Source: Eledone cirrhosa (lineage: Eukaryota). Taken from it: a DNA stretch of 64,000 nucleotides. Positions 14,781-31,200 of this stretch are shown here, piece by piece. The stretch covers positions 210,056,001 to 210,120,000 of the forward strand of contig OZ024743.1 of assembly GCA_964016885.1 (NCBI GenBank), given 5' to 3'. Both the position numbers and the translations under genes were made by a program. Under the pieces are notes generated by a model. That model was not told where the DNA came from and made no database searches. It was given only the letters and a program-made list of their open reading frames with translations. Each line of letters starts with the position of its first letter. Positions within the stretch are counted from its first letter, which is position 1.

Positions 14781-17587
14781 ACCCTATAGCCACAGATGAA
14801 AGCTCTTCACTCCATGAGATATACCACAGTTTACCATCCTATAGCCACGCCACGGATGAAAGCTCTTCACTCCATAAGATATACCACAGTTTACAATCCT
14901 ATAGCCACAGATGAAAGCTCTTCACTCCATAAGATATACCACAGTTTACCATCCTATGGCCACAGATGAAAGCTCTTCACTCCATAATATATACCACAGT
15001 TTACCATCCTATAGCCACAGATGAAAGCTCTTCACTCCATAAGATATACCACAGTTTACCATCCTGTAGCCACACATGAAAGCTCTTCACTCCATAAGAT
15101 ATACCACAGTTTACCATCCTATAGTCAAGCCAGGGATGAAAGCTCTTCACTCCATAAGATATACCACAGTTTACCATCCTATAGTCACACATGAAAGCTC
15201 TTCACTCCATAAGATATAACACAGTTTACCATCCTATAGCCAGATGAAAGCTCTTCACTCCATAAGATATACCACAGTTTACCATCCTATAGCCACAGAT
15301 GAAAGCTCTTCACTCCATAAGATATACCACAGTTTACCATCCTATAGCCACAGATTAAAGCTCTTCACTCCATAAGATATACCACAGTTTACCATCCTAT
15401 AGCCACAGATGAAAGCTGTTCACTCCATAAGATATACCACAGTTTACCATCCTATAGCCACACATGAAAGCTCTTCACTCCATAAGATATACCACAGTTT
15501 ACCATCCTATAGCCACAGATGAAAGCTGTTCACTCCATAATATATACGACAGTTTAACATCCTATATCCACAGATGAAAGCTGTTCACTCCATAAGATAT
15601 ACGACAGTTTACCATCCTATAGCCAGATGGAAGCTCTTCACTCCATAAGATATATCACAGTTTACCATCCTATAGCCACAGATGAAAGCTGTTCACTCCA
15701 TAAGATATACCACAGTTTACCATCCTATAGCCAGATGAAAGCTCTTCACTCCATAAGATATACCACAGTTTACCATCCTAAAGCCACAGATGAAAGCTCT
15801 TCACTCCATAAGATATACCACAGTTTACCATCCTATAGCGACAGATGAAAGCTGTTTTCTCCATAAGATATACCACAGTTTACCATCCTATAGCCAGATG
15901 AAAGCTCTTCACTCCATAAGATATACCACAGTTTACCATCCTATAGCCACAGATGAAAGCTGTTCACTCCATAAGATATACCACAGTTTACCATCCTATA
16001 GCCAGATGAAAGCTCTTCACTCCATAAGATATACCACAGTTTACCATCCTAAAGCCACAGATGAAAGCTCTTCACTCCATAAGATATACCACAGTTTACC
16101 ATCCTATAGCCATAGATGAAAGCTCTTCACTCCATAAGATATACCACAGTTTACCATCCTAAAACCACAGATGAAAGCTCTTCACTCCATAAGATATACC
16201 ACAGTTTACCATCCTATAGCCACAGATGAAAGCTCTTCACTCCATAAGATATACCACAGTTTACCATCCTATAGCCACAGATGAAAGCTCTTCACCCCAT
16301 AAGATATACCACAGTTTACCATCCTATAGCCACACATGAAAGCTCTTCACTCCATAAGATATACCACAGTTTACCATCCTATAGCCACAGATGAAAGCTC
16401 TTCACCCCATAAGATATACCACAGTTTACCATCCTGTAGCCACACATGAAAGCTCTTCACTCCATAAGATATACCACAGTTTACCATCCTATAGTCAAGC
16501 CACGGATGAAAGCTCTTCACTCCATAAGATATACCACAGTTTACCATCCTATAGTCACACATGAAAGCTCTTCACTCCATAAGATATAACACAGTTTACC
16601 ATCCTATAGCCAGATGAAAGCTCTTCACTCCATAAGATATACCACAGTTTACCATCCTATGGCCACACATGAAAGCTCTTCACCCCATAAGATATACCAC
16701 AGTTTACCATCCTATAGCCACACATGAAAGCTCTTCACTCCATAAGATATACCACAGTTTACCATCCTATAGCCAGATGAAAGCTCTTGACTCCATAAGA
16801 TATACCACAGTTTACCATCCTATAGCCACACATGAAAGCTCTTCACTCCATAAGATATACCACAGTTTATATTCCTATAGCCACACATAAAAGTTCTTCA
16901 CTCGATAAGATATACCACAGTTTACCATCCTATAGCTACACATGAAAGCTCTTCACTCCATAAGATATACCACAGTTTACCATCCTATAGCCAGATGAAA
17001 GCTCTTCACTCCATAAGATATACGACAGTTTACCATCCTATAGCCACACATGAAAGCTCTTCAATCCATAAGATATACCTCAGTTTACCATCCTATAGCC
17101 ACAGATGAAATCTCTTCACTCCATAAGATATACCACAATTTACCATCCTATAGCCACAGATGAAAGCTCTTCACTCCATAAGATATACCACAGTTTACCA
17201 TCCTATAGCCACACATGAAAGCTCTTCACTCCATGAGATATACCACAGTTTACCATCCTATAGTCAAGCCAGGGATGAAAGCTCTTCACTCCATAAGATA
17301 TACCCCAGTTCACCATCCTATAGCCAGATGAAAGCTCTTCACTCCATAAGATATACCACAGTTTACCACCCTATAGCCACAGATGAAAGCTCTTCACTCC
17401 ATGAGATATACCACAGTTTACCATCCTATAGCCACGCCACGGATGAAAGCTCTTCACTCCATAAGATATACCACAGTTTACAATCCTATAGCCACAGATG
17501 AAAGCTCTTCACTCCATAAGATATACCACAGTTTACCATCCTATGGCCACAGATGAAAGCTCTTCACTCCATAATATATACCACAGT

Positions 17588-20500
17588 TTACCATCCTATA
17601 GCCACAGATGAAAGCTCTTCACTCCATAAGATATACCACAGTTTACCATCCTGTAGCCACACATGAAAGCTCTTCACTCCATAAGATATACCACAGTTTA
17701 CCATCCTATAGTCAAGCCAGGGATGAAAGCTCTTCACTCCATAAGATATACCACAGTTTACCATCCTATAGTCACACATGAAAGCTCTTCACTCCATAAG
17801 ATATAACACAGTTTACCATCCTATAGCCAGATGAAAGCTCTTCACTCCATAAGATATACCACAGTTTACCATCCTATAGCCACAGATGAAAGCTCTTCAC
17901 TCCATAAGATATACCACAGTTTACCATCCTATAGCCACAGATTAAAGCTCTTCACTCCATAAGATATACCACAGTTTACCATCCTATAGCCACAGATGAA
18001 AGCTGTTCACTCCATAAGATATACCACAGTTTACCATCCTATAGCCACACATGAAAGCTCTTCACTCCATAAGATATACCACAGTTTACCATCCTATAGC
18101 CACAGATGAAAGCTGTTCACTCCATAATATATACGACAGTTTAACATCCTATATCCACAGATGAAAGCTGTTCACTCCATAAGATATACGACAGTTTACC
18201 ATCCTATAGCCAGATGAAAGCTCTTCACTCCATAAGATATATCACAGTTTACCATCCTATAGCCACAGATGAAAGCTGTTCACTCCATAAGATATACCAC
18301 AGTTTACCATCCTATAGCCAGATGAAAGCTCTTCACTCCATAAGATATACCACAGTTTACCATCCTAAAGCCACAGATGAAAGCTCTTCACTCCATAAGA
18401 TATACCACAGTTTACCATCCTATAGCGACATATGAAAGCTGTTTTCTCCATAAGATATACCACAGTTTACCATCCTATAGCCAGATGAAAGCTCTTCACT
18501 CCATAAGATATACCACAGTTTACCATCCTATAGCCACAGATGAAAGCTGTTCACTCCATAAGATATACCACAGTTTACCATCCTATAGCCAGATGAAAGC
18601 TCTTCACTCCATAAGATATACCACAGTTTACCATCCTAAAGCCACAGATGAAAGCTCTTCACTCCATAAGATATACCACAGTTTACCATCCTATAGCCAC
18701 AGATGAAAGCTCTTCACTCCATAAGATATACCACAGTTTACCATCCTAAAACCACAGATGAAAGCTCTTCACTCCATAAGATATACCACAGTTTACCATC
18801 CTATAGCCACAGATGAAAGCTCTTCACTCCATAAGATATACCACAGTTTACCATCCTATAGCCACAGATGAAAGCTCTTCACCCCATAAGATATACCACA
18901 GTTTACCATCCTATAGCCACACATGAAAGCTCTTCACTCCATAAGATATACCACAGTTTACCATCCTATAGCCACACATGAAAGCTCTTCACTCCATAAG
19001 ATATACCACAGTTTACCATCCTATAGCCACACATGAAAGCTCTTCACTCCATAAGATATACCACAGTTTACCATCCTATAGCCACAGATGAAAGCTCTTC
19101 ACCCCATAAGATATACCACAGTTTACCATCCTATAGCCACACATGAAAGCTCTTCACCCCATCAGATATACCACAGTTTACCATCCTATTGCCACACATT
19201 AAAGATCTTCACTCCATAATATATACCAGAGTTTACCATCCTATAGCCACACATTAAAGATCTTCACTCCATAAGATATACCACAGTTTACCATCCTATA
19301 GCCAGATGAAAGCTCTTCACTCCATAAGATATACGATAGTTTACCATCCTATAGCCACACATGAAATCTCTTCACTCCATAAGATATACCACAGTTTACC
19401 ATCCTATAGCCACACATGAAAGCTCTTCACTCCATAAGATATACGTCAGTTTACCATCCTATAGCCACAGATGAAAGCTCTTCACTCCATAAGATATACC
19501 ACAGTTTACTATCCTATAGCCACACATGAGAGCTCTTCACCCCATAAGATATACCACAGTTTACCATCCTATAGCCAGATGAAAGCTCTTCACTCCGTAA
19601 AATATACCACAGTTTACCATCCTATAGCCACACATGAAAGCTCTTCACTCCATAAGATATACCACAGTTTACCATCCTATAGCCACAGATGAAAGCTCTT
19701 CACTCCATAAGATATACCACAGTTTAACATCCTATAGCCACAGATGAAAGCTCTTCACTCCATACGATATACCACAGTTTACCATCCTATAGCCACAGAT
19801 GAAAGCTTTTCACTCCATAAGATATACCACAGTTTACCATCCTATAGCCACAGATGAAAGCTCTTCACCCCATAAGATATACCCCAGTTAACCATCCTAT
19901 AGCCACACATGAAAGCTCTTCACTCCATAAGATATACCACAGTTTACCATCCTATAGCCACAGATAAAAGCTCTTCACCCCATAAGATATACCACAGTTT
20001 ACCATCCTATAGCCACACATGAAAGCTCTTCACTCCATAAGATATACCACAGTTTACCATCCTATAGCCACACATGAAAGCTCTTCACTCCATAAGATAT
20101 ACCACAGTTTACCATCCTATAGCCACAGATTAAAGCTCTTCACCCCATAAGATATACCACAGTTTACCATCCTATAGCCACAGATGAAAGCTCTTCACCC
20201 CATGAGACATACCACAGTTTACCATCCTATAGCCACACATGAAAGCTCTTCACTCCATAAGATATACCACAGTTTACCATCCTATAGCCACACATGAAAG
20301 CTCTTCACGCCATAAGATATACCTCAGTTTACGATCCTATAGCCACAGATGAAAGCTCTTCACTCCATAAGATATACCACAGTTTACCATCCTATAGCCA
20401 CAGATGAAAGCTCTTCACTCCATAAGATATACCACAGTTTACCATGCTATAGCCACAGATGAAAGCTGTTCACTCCATAAGATATACGACAGTTTACCAT

Positions 20501-21092
20501 CCTATAGCCACAGATGAAAGCTGTTCACTCCATAAGATATACGACAGTTTACCATCCTATAGCCAGATGAAAGCTCTTCACTCCATAAGATATACCACAG
20601 TTTACCATCCTATAGCCACAGATGAAAGCTGTTCACTCCATAAGATATACCACAGTTTACCATCCTATAGCCAGATGAAAGCTCTTCATTCCATAAGATA
20701 TACCACAGTTTACCATCCTATAGCCAGATGAAAGCTCTTCACTCCATAAGATATACCACAGTTTACCATCCTATAGCCACAGATGAAAGCTCTTCACTCC
20801 ATAAGATATACCACAGTTTACCACCCTATAGCCACAGATGAAAGCTCTTCACTCCATGAGATATACCACAGTTTACCATCCTATACCCACAGATGAAAGC
20901 GCTTCACTCCATAAGATATACCACAGTTTAACATCCTATAGCCACAGATGAAATCTCTTCACCCCATAAGATATACCACGGTTTAACATCCTATAGCCAC
21001 AGATGAAAGCTCTTCACTCCATACGATATACCACAGTTTACCATCCTATAGCCACAGATGAAAGCTCTTAACTCCATAAGATATACCACAGT
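17588..21092 (+). repeat. 3,505-bp higher-order repeat copy (53x55 + 10x53 + 1x60 bp)
   Basis: Offsets 17588->21093 and 18214->21719 are both 3,505. I counted ten 53-bp monomers and one 60-bp monomer, which gives exactly 3,505 bp for 64 monomers. Confidence 0.9.
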
Positions 21093-24000
21093 TTACCATC
21101 CTATAGCCACAGAAGAAAGCTCTTCATCCCATAAGATATACCACAGTTTACCATCCTGTAGCCACACATGAAAGCTCTTCACTCCATAAGATATACCACA
21201 GTTTACCATCCTATAGTCAAGCCACGGATGAAAGCTCTTCACTCCATAAGATATACCACAGTTTACCATCCTATAGTCACACATGAAAGCTCTTCACTCC
21301 ATAAGATATAACACAGTTTACCATCCTATAGCCAGATGAAAGCTCTTCACTCCATAAGATATACCACAGTTTACCATCCTATAGCCACAGATGAAAGCTC
21401 TTCACTCCATAAGATATACCACAGTTTACCATCCTATAGCCACAGATTAAAGCTCTTCACTCCATAAGATATACCACAGTTTACCATCCTATAGCCACAG
21501 ATGAAAGCTGTTCACTCCATAAGATATACCACAGTTTACCATCCTATAGCCACACATGAAAGCTCTTCACTCCATAAGATATACCACAGTTTACCATCCT
21601 ATAGCCACAGATGAAAGCTGTTCACTCCATAATATATACGACAGTTTAACATCCTATATCCACAGATGAAAGCTGTTCACTCCATAAGATATACGACAGT
21701 TTACCATCCTATAGCCAGATGAAAGCTCTTCACTCCATAAGATATATCACAGTTTACCATCCTATAGCCACAGATGAAAGCTGTTCACTCCATAAGATAT
21801 ACCACAGTTTACCATCCTATAGCCAGATGAAAGCTCTTCACTCCATAAGATATACCACAGTTTACCATCCTAAAGCCACAGATGAAAGCTCTTCACTCCA
21901 TAAGATATACCACAGTTTACCATCCTATAGCGACAGATGAAAGCTGTTTTCTCCATAAGATATACCACAGTTTACCATCCTATAGCCAGATGAAAGCTCT
22001 CCACTCCATAAGATATACCACAGTTTACCATCCTATAGCCACAGATGAAAGCTCTTCTCTCCATAAGATATACCACAGTTTACCATCCTATAGCCACACA
22101 TGAAAGCTCTTCACTCCATGAGATATACCACAGTTTACCATCCTATAGTCAAGCCAGGGATGAAAGCTCTTCACTCCATAAGATATACCCCAGTTCACCA
22201 TCCTATAGCCAGATGAAAGCTCTTCACTCCATAAGATATACCACAGTTTACCACCCTATAGCCACAGATGAAAGCTCTTCACTCCATGAGATATACCACA
22301 GTTTACCATCCTATAGCCACGCCACGGATGAAAGCTCTTCACTCCATAAGATATACCACAGTTTACAATCCTATAGCCACAGATGAAAGCTCTTCACTCC
22401 ATAAGATATACCACAGTTTACCATCCTATGGCCACAGATGAAAGCTCTTCACTCCATAATATATACCACAGTTTACCATCCTATAGCCACAGATGAAAGC
22501 TCTTCACTCCATAAGATATACCACAGTTTACCATCCTGTAGCCACACATGAAAGCTCTTCACTCCATAAGATATACCACAGTTTACCATCCTATAGTCAA
22601 GCCAGGGATGAAAGCTCTTCACTCCATAAGATATACCACAGTTTACCATCCTATAGTCACACATGAAAGCTCTTCACTCCATAAGATATAACACAGTTTA
22701 CCATCCTATAGCCAGATGAAAGCTCTTCACTCCATAAGATATACCACAGTTTACCATCCTATAGCCACAGATGAAAGCTCTTCACTCCATAAGATATACC
22801 ACAGTTTACCATCCTATAGCCACAGATTAAAGCTCTTCACTCCATAAGATATACCACAGTTTACCATCCTATAGCCACAGATGAAAGCTGTTCACTCCAT
22901 AAGATATACCACAGTTTACCATCCTATAGCCACACATGAAAGCTCTTCACTCCATAAGATATACCACAGTTTACCATCCTATAGCCACAGATGAAAGCTG
23001 TTCACTCCATAATATATACGACAGTTTAACATCCTATATCCACAGATGAAAGCTGTTCACTCCATAAGATATACGACAGTTTATCATCCTATAGCCAGAT
23101 GAAAGCTCTTCACTCCAAAAGATATATCACAGTTTACCATCCTATAGCCACAGATAAAAGCTGTTCACTCCATAAGATATACCACAGTTTACCATCCTAT
23201 AGCCAGATGAAAGCTCTTCACTCCATAAGATATACCACAGTTTACCATCCTAAAGCCACAGATGAAAGCTCTTCACTCCATAAGATATACCACAGTTTAC
23301 CATCCTATAGCGACAGATGAAAGCTGTTTTCTCCATAAGATATACCACAGTTTACCATCCTATAGCCACAGATGAAAGCTCTTCACTCCATAAGATATAC
23401 CACAGTTTACCATCCTATAGCCACAGATGAAAGCTCTTCACCCCATAAGATATACCACAGTTTACCATCCTATAGCCACAGATGAAAGCTGTTCACTCCA
23501 TAAGATATACCACAGTTTACCATCCTATAGCCACACATGAAAGCTCTTCACTCCATAAGATATACCACAGTTTACCATCCTATAGCCACACATGAAAGCT
23601 CTTCACTCCATAAGATATACCACAGTTTACCATCCTATAGCCACAGATGAAAGCTCTTCACTCCATAAGATATACCACAGTTTACCATCCTATAGTCACA
23701 CATGAAAGCTCTTCACTCCATAAGATATAACACAGTTTACCATCCTATAGCCAGATGAAAGCTCTTCACTCCATAAGATATACCACAGTTTACCATCCTA
23801 TGGCCACACATGAAAGCTCTTCACCCCATAAGATATACCACAGTTTACCATCCTATAGCCACACATGAAAGCTCTTCACTCCATAAGATATACCACAGTT
23901 TACCATCCTATAGCCAGATGAAAGCTCTTGACTCCATAAGATATACCACAGTTTACCATCCTATAGCCACACATGAAAGCTCTTCACTCCATAAGATATA

Positions 24001-24728
24001 CCACAGTTTATATTCCTATAGCCACACATAAAAGTTCTTCACTCGATAAGATATACCACAGTTTACCATCCTATAGCTACACATGAAAGCTCTTCACTCC
24101 ATAAGATATACCACAGTTTACCATCCTATAGCCAGATGAAAGCTCTTCACTCCATAAGATATACGACAGTTTACCATCCTATAGCCACACATGAAAGCTC
24201 TTCAATCCATAAGATATACCTCAGTTTACCATCCTATAGCCACAGATGAAATCTCTTCACTCCATAAGATATACCACAATTTACCATCCTATAGCCACAG
24301 ATGAAAGCTCTTCACTCCATAAGATATACCACAGTTTACCATCCTATAGCCACACATGAAAGCTCTTCACTCCATGAGATATACCACAGTTTACCATCCT
24401 ATAGTCAAGCCAGGGATGAAAGCTCTTCACTCCATAAGATATACCCCAGTTCACCATCCTATAGCCAGATGAAAGCTCTTCACTCCATAAGATATACCAC
24501 AGTTTACCACCCTATAGCCACAGATGAAAGCTCTTCACTCCATGAGATATACCACAGTTTACCATCCTATAGCCACGCCACGGATGAAAGCTCTTCACTC
24601 CATAAGATATACCACAGTTTACAATCCTATAGCCACAGATGAAAGCTCTTCACTCCATAAGATATACCACAGTTTACCATCCTATGGCCACAGATGAAAG
24701 CTCTTCACTCCATAATATATACCACAGT

Positions 24729-27700
24729 TTACCATCCTATAGCCACAGATGAAAGCTCTTCACTCCATAAGATATACCACAGTTTACCATCCTGTAGCCA
24801 CACATGAAAGCTCTTCACTCCATAAGATATACCACAGTTTACCATCCTATAGTCAAGCCAGGGATGAAAGCTCTTCACTCCATAAGATATACCACAGTTT
24901 ACCATCCTATAGTCACACATGAAAGCTCTTCACTCCATAAGATATAACACAGTTTACCATCCTATAGCCAGATGAAAGCTCTTCACTCCATAAGATATAC
25001 CACAGTTTACCATCCTATAGCCACAGATGAAAGCTCTTCACTCCATAAGATATACCACAGTTTACCATCCTATAGCCACAGATTAAAGCTCTTCACTCCA
25101 TAAGATATACCACAGTTTACCATCCTATAGCCACAGATGAAAGCTGTTCACTCCATAAGATATACCACAGTTTACCATCCTATAGCCACACATGAAAGCT
25201 CTTCACTCCATAAGATATACCACAGTTTACCATCCTATAGCCACAGATGAAAGCTGTTCACTCCATAATATATACGACAGTTTAACATCCTATATCCACA
25301 GATGAAAGCTGTTCACTCCATAAGATATACGACAGTTTACCATCCTATAGCCAGATGAAAGCTCTTCACTCCATAAGATATATCACAGTTTACCATCCTA
25401 TAGCCACAGATGAAAGCTGTTCACTCCATAAGATATACCACAGTTTACCATCCTATAGCCAGATGAAAGCTCTTCACTCCATAAGATATACCACAGTTTA
25501 CCATCCTAAAGCCACAGATGAAAGCTCTTCACTCCATAAGATATACCACAGTTTACCATCCTATAGCGACATATGAAAGCTGTTTTCTCCATAAGATATA
25601 CCACAGTTTACCATCCTATAGCCAGATGAAAGCTCTTCACTCCATAAGATATACCACAGTTTACCATCCTATAGCCACAGATGAAAGCTGTTCACTCCAT
25701 AAGATATACCACAGTTTACCATCCTATAGCCAGATGAAAGCTCTTCACTCCATAAGATATACCACAGTTTACCATCCTAAAGCCACAGATGAAAGCTCTT
25801 CACTCCATAAGATATACCACAGTTTACCATCCTATAGCCACAGATGAAAGCTCTTCACTCCATAAGATATACCACAGTTTACCATCCTAAAACCACAGAT
25901 GAAAGCTCTTCACTCCATAAGATATACCACAGTTTACCATCCTATAGCCACAGATGAAAGCTCTTCACTCCATAAGATATACCACAGTTTACCATCCTAT
26001 AGCCACAGATGAAAGCTCTTCACCCCATAAGATATACCACAGTTTACCATCCTATAGCCACACATGAAAGCTCTTCACTCCATAAGATATACCACAGTTT
26101 ACCATCCTATAGCCACACATGAAAGCTCTTCACTCCATAAGATATACCACAGTTTACCATCCTATAGCCACACATGAAAGCTCTTCACTCCATAAGATAT
26201 ACCACAGTTTACCATCCTATAGCCACAGATGAAAGCTCTTCACCCCATAAGATATACCACAGTTTACCATCCTATAGCCACACATGAAAGCTCTTCACCC
26301 CATCAGATATACCACAGTTTACCATCCTATTGCCACACATTAAAGATCTTCACTCCATAATATATACCAGAGTTTACCATCCTATAGCCACACATTAAAG
26401 ATCTTCACTCCATAAGATATACCACAGTTTACCATCCTATAGCCAGATGAAAGCTCTTCACTCCATAAGATATACGATAGTTTACCATCCTATAGCCACA
26501 CATGAAATCTCTTCACTCCATAAGATATACCACAGTTTACCATCCTATAGCCACACATGAAAGCTCTTCACTCCATAAGATATACGTCAGTTTACCATCC
26601 TATAGCCACAGATGAAAGCTCTTCACTCCATAAGATATACCACAGTTTACTATCCTATAGCCACACATGAGAGCTCTTCACCCCATAAGATATACCACAG
26701 TTTACCATCCTATAGCCAGATGAAAGCTCTTCACTCCGTAAAATATACCACAGTTTACCATCCTATAGCCACACATGAAAGCTCTTCACTCCATAAGATA
26801 TACCACAGTTTACCATCCTATAGCCACAGATGAAAGCTCTTCACTCCATAAGATATACCACAGTTTAACATCCTATAGCCACAGATGAAAGCTCTTCACT
26901 CCATACGATATACCACAGTTTACCATCCTATAGCCACAGATGAAAGCTTTTCACTCCATAAGATATACCACAGTTTACCATCCTATAGCCACAGATGAAA
27001 GCTCTTCACCCCATAAGATATACCCCAGTTAACCATCCTATAGCCACACATGAAAGCTCTTCACTCCATAAGATATACCACAGTTTACCATCCTATAGCC
27101 ACAGATAAAAGCTCTTCACCCCATAAGATATACCACAGTTTACCATCCTATAGCCACACATGAAAGCTCTTCACTCCATAAGATATACCACAGTTTACCA
27201 TCCTATAGCCACACATGAAAGCTCTTCACTCCATAAGATATACCACAGTTTACCATCCTATAGCCACAGATTAAAGCTCTTCACCCCATAAGATATACCA
27301 CAGTTTACCATCCTATAGCCACAGATGAAAGCTCTTCACCCCATGAGACATACCACAGTTTACCATCCTATAGCCACACATGAAAGCTCTTCACTCCATA
27401 AGATATACCACAGTTTACCATCCTATAGCCACACATGAAAGCTCTTCACGCCATAAGATATACCTCAGTTTACGATCCTATAGCCACAGATGAAAGCTCT
27501 TCACTCCATAAGATATACCACAGTTTACCATCCTATAGCCACAGATGAAAGCTCTTCACTCCATAAGATATACCACAGTTTACCATGCTATAGCCACAGA
27601 TGAAAGCTGTTCACTCCATAAGATATACGACAGTTTACCATCCTATAGCCACAGATGAAAGCTGTTCACTCCATAAGATATACGACAGTTTACCATCCTA

Positions 27701-28233
27701 TAGCCAGATGAAAGCTCTTCACTCCATAAGATATACCACAGTTTACCATCCTATAGCCACAGATGAAAGCTGTTCACTCCATAAGATATACCACAGTTTA
27801 CCATCCTATAGCCAGATGAAAGCTCTTCATTCCATAAGATATACCACAGTTTACCATCCTATAGCCAGATGAAAGCTCTTCACTCCATAAGATATACCAC
27901 AGTTTACCATCCTATAGCCACAGATGAAAGCTCTTCACTCCATAAGATATACCACAGTTTACCACCCTATAGCCACAGATGAAAGCTCTTCACTCCATGA
28001 GATATACCACAGTTTACCATCCTATACCCACAGATGAAAGCGCTTCACTCCATAAGATATACCACAGTTTAACATCCTATAGCCACAGATGAAATCTCTT
28101 CACCCCATAAGATATACCACGGTTTAACATCCTATAGCCACAGATGAAAGCTCTTCACTCCATACGATATACCACAGTTTACCATCCTATAGCCACAGAT
28201 GAAAGCTCTTAACTCCATAAGATATACCACAGT
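24729..28233 (+). repeat. 3,505-bp higher-order repeat copy (inside the second 7,141-bp unit)
   Basis: Offsets 24729->28234 and 25355->28860 are both 3,505. Confidence 0.9.
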
Positions 28234-31200
28234 TTACCATCCTATAGCCACAGAAGAAAGCTCTTCATCCCATAAGATATACCACAGTTTACCATCCTGT
28301 AGCCACACATGAAAGCTCTTCACTCCATAAGATATACCACAGTTTACCATCCTATAGTCAAGCCACGGATGAAAGCTCTTCACTCCATAAGATATACCAC
28401 AGTTTACCATCCTATAGTCACACATGAAAGCTCTTCACTCCATAAGATATAACACAGTTTACCATCCTATAGCCAGATGAAAGCTCTTCACTCCATAAGA
28501 TATACCACAGTTTACCATCCTATAGCCACAGATGAAAGCTCTTCACTCCATAAGATATACCACAGTTTACCATCCTATAGCCACAGATTAAAGCTCTTCA
28601 CTCCATAAGATATACCACAGTTTACCATCCTATAGCCACAGATGAAAGCTGTTCACTCCATAAGATATACCACAGTTTACCATCCTATAGCCACACATGA
28701 AAGCTCTTCACTCCATAAGATATACCACAGTTTACCATCCTATAGCCACAGATGAAAGCTGTTCACTCCATAATATATACGACAGTTTAACATCCTATAT
28801 CCACAGATGAAAGCTGTTCACTCCATAAGATATACGACAGTTTACCATCCTATAGCCAGATGAAAGCTCTTCACTCCATAAGATATATCACAGTTTACCA
28901 TCCTATAGCCACAGATGAAAGCTGTTCACTCCATAAGATATACCACAGTTTACCATCCTATAGCCAGATGAAAGCTCTTCACTCCATAAGATATACCACA
29001 GTTTACCATCCTAAAGCCACAGATGAAAGCTCTTCACTCCATAAGATATACCACAGTTTACCATCCTATAGCGACAGATGAAAGCTGTTTTCTCCATAAG
29101 ATATACCACAGTTTACCATCCTATAGCCAGATGAAAGCTCTCCACTCCATAAGATATACCACAGTTTACCATCCTATAGCCACAGATGAAAGCTCTTCTC
29201 TCCATAAGATATACCACAGTTTACCATCCTATAGCCACACATGAAAGCTCTTCACTCCATGAGATATACCACAGTTTACCATCCTATAGTCAAGCCAGGG
29301 ATGAAAGCTCTTCACTCCATAAGATATACCCCAGTTCACCATCCTATAGCCAGATGAAAGCTCTTCACTCCATAAGATATACCACAGTTTACCACCCTAT
29401 AGCCACAGATGAAAGCTCTTCACTCCATGAGATATACCACAGTTTACCATCCTATAGCCACGCCACGGATGAAAGCTCTTCACTCCATAAGATATACCAC
29501 AGTTTACAATCCTATAGCCACAGATGAAAGCTCTTCACTCCATAAGATATACCACAGTTTACCATCCTATGGCCACAGATGAAAGCTCTTCACTCCATAA
29601 TATATACCACAGTTTACCATCCTATAGCCACAGATGAAAGCTCTTCACTCCATAAGATATACCACAGTTTACCATCCTGTAGCCACACATGAAAGCTCTT
29701 CACTCCATAAGATATACCACAGTTTACCATCCTATAGTCAAGCCAGGGATGAAAGCTCTTCACTCCATAAGATATACCACAGTTTACCATCCTATAGTCA
29801 CACATGAAAGCTCTTCACTCCATAAGATATAACACAGTTTACCATCCTATAGCCAGATGAAAGCTCTTCACTCCATAAGATATACCACAGTTTACCATCC
29901 TATAGCCACAGATGAAAGCTCTTCACTCCATAAGATATACCACAGTTTACCATCCTATAGCCACAGATTAAAGCTCTTCACTCCATAAGATATACCACAG
30001 TTTACCATCCTATAGCCACAGATGAAAGCTGTTCACTCCATAAGATATACCACAGTTTACCATCCTATAGCCACACATGAAAGCTCTTCACTCCATAAGA
30101 TATACCACAGTTTACCATCCTATAGCCACAGATGAAAGCTGTTCACTCCATAATATATACGACAGTTTAACATCCTATATCCACAGATGAAAGCTGTTCA
30201 CTCCATAAGATATACGACAGTTTATCATCCTATAGCCAGATGAAAGCTCTTCACTCCAAAAGATATATCACAGTTTACCATCCTATAGCCACAGATAAAA
30301 GCTGTTCACTCCATAAGATATACCACAGTTTACCATCCTATAGCCAGATGAAAGCTCTTCACTCCATAAGATATACCACAGTTTACCATCCTAAAGCCAC
30401 AGATGAAAGCTCTTCACTCCATAAGATATACCACAGTTTACCATCCTATAGCGACAGATGAAAGCTGTTTTCTCCATAAGATATACCACAGTTTACCATC
30501 CTATAGCCACAGATGAAAGCTCTTCACTCCATAAGATATACCACAGTTTACCATCCTATAGCCACAGATGAAAGCTCTTCACCCCATAAGATATACCACA
30601 GTTTACCATCCTATAGCCACAGATGAAAGCTGTTCACTCCATAAGATATACCACAGTTTACCATCCTATAGCCACACATGAAAGCTCTTCACTCCATAAG
30701 ATATACCACAGTTTACCATCCTATAGCCACACATGAAAGCTCTTCACTCCATAAGATATACCACAGTTTACCATCCTATAGCCACAGATGAAAGCTCTTC
30801 ACCCCATAAGATATACCACAGTTTACCATCCTATAGCCACACATGAAAGCTCTTCACCCCATCAGATATACCACAGTTTACCATCCTATTGCCACACATT
30901 AAATCTCTTCACTCCATAATATATACCAGAGTTTACCATCCTATAGCCACACATGAAAGCTCTTCACTCCATAAGATATACCACAGTTTACCATCCTATA
31001 GCCAGATGAAAGCTCTTCACTCCATAAGATATACGATAGTTTACCATCCTATAGCCACACATGAAATCTCTTCACTCCATAAGATATACCACAGTTTACC
31101 ATCCTATAGCCACACATGAAAGCTCTTCACTCCATAAGATATACGTCAGTTTACCATCCTATAGCCACAGATGAAAGCTCTTCACTCCATAAGATATACC

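Larger units (their letters stand above)
16505..30802 (+). repeat. Tandem duplication of a 7,141-bp block (about 16505-23645 and 23646-30786)
   Basis: Every ORF from 16669 to 23099 recurs at +7,141 (23810 to 30240) with identical translation. Private variants are shared (GCGACATATG, ATTAAAGATC, ATACCCACAG, AGAAGAAAG, CCAAAAGAT). Confidence 0.93.
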
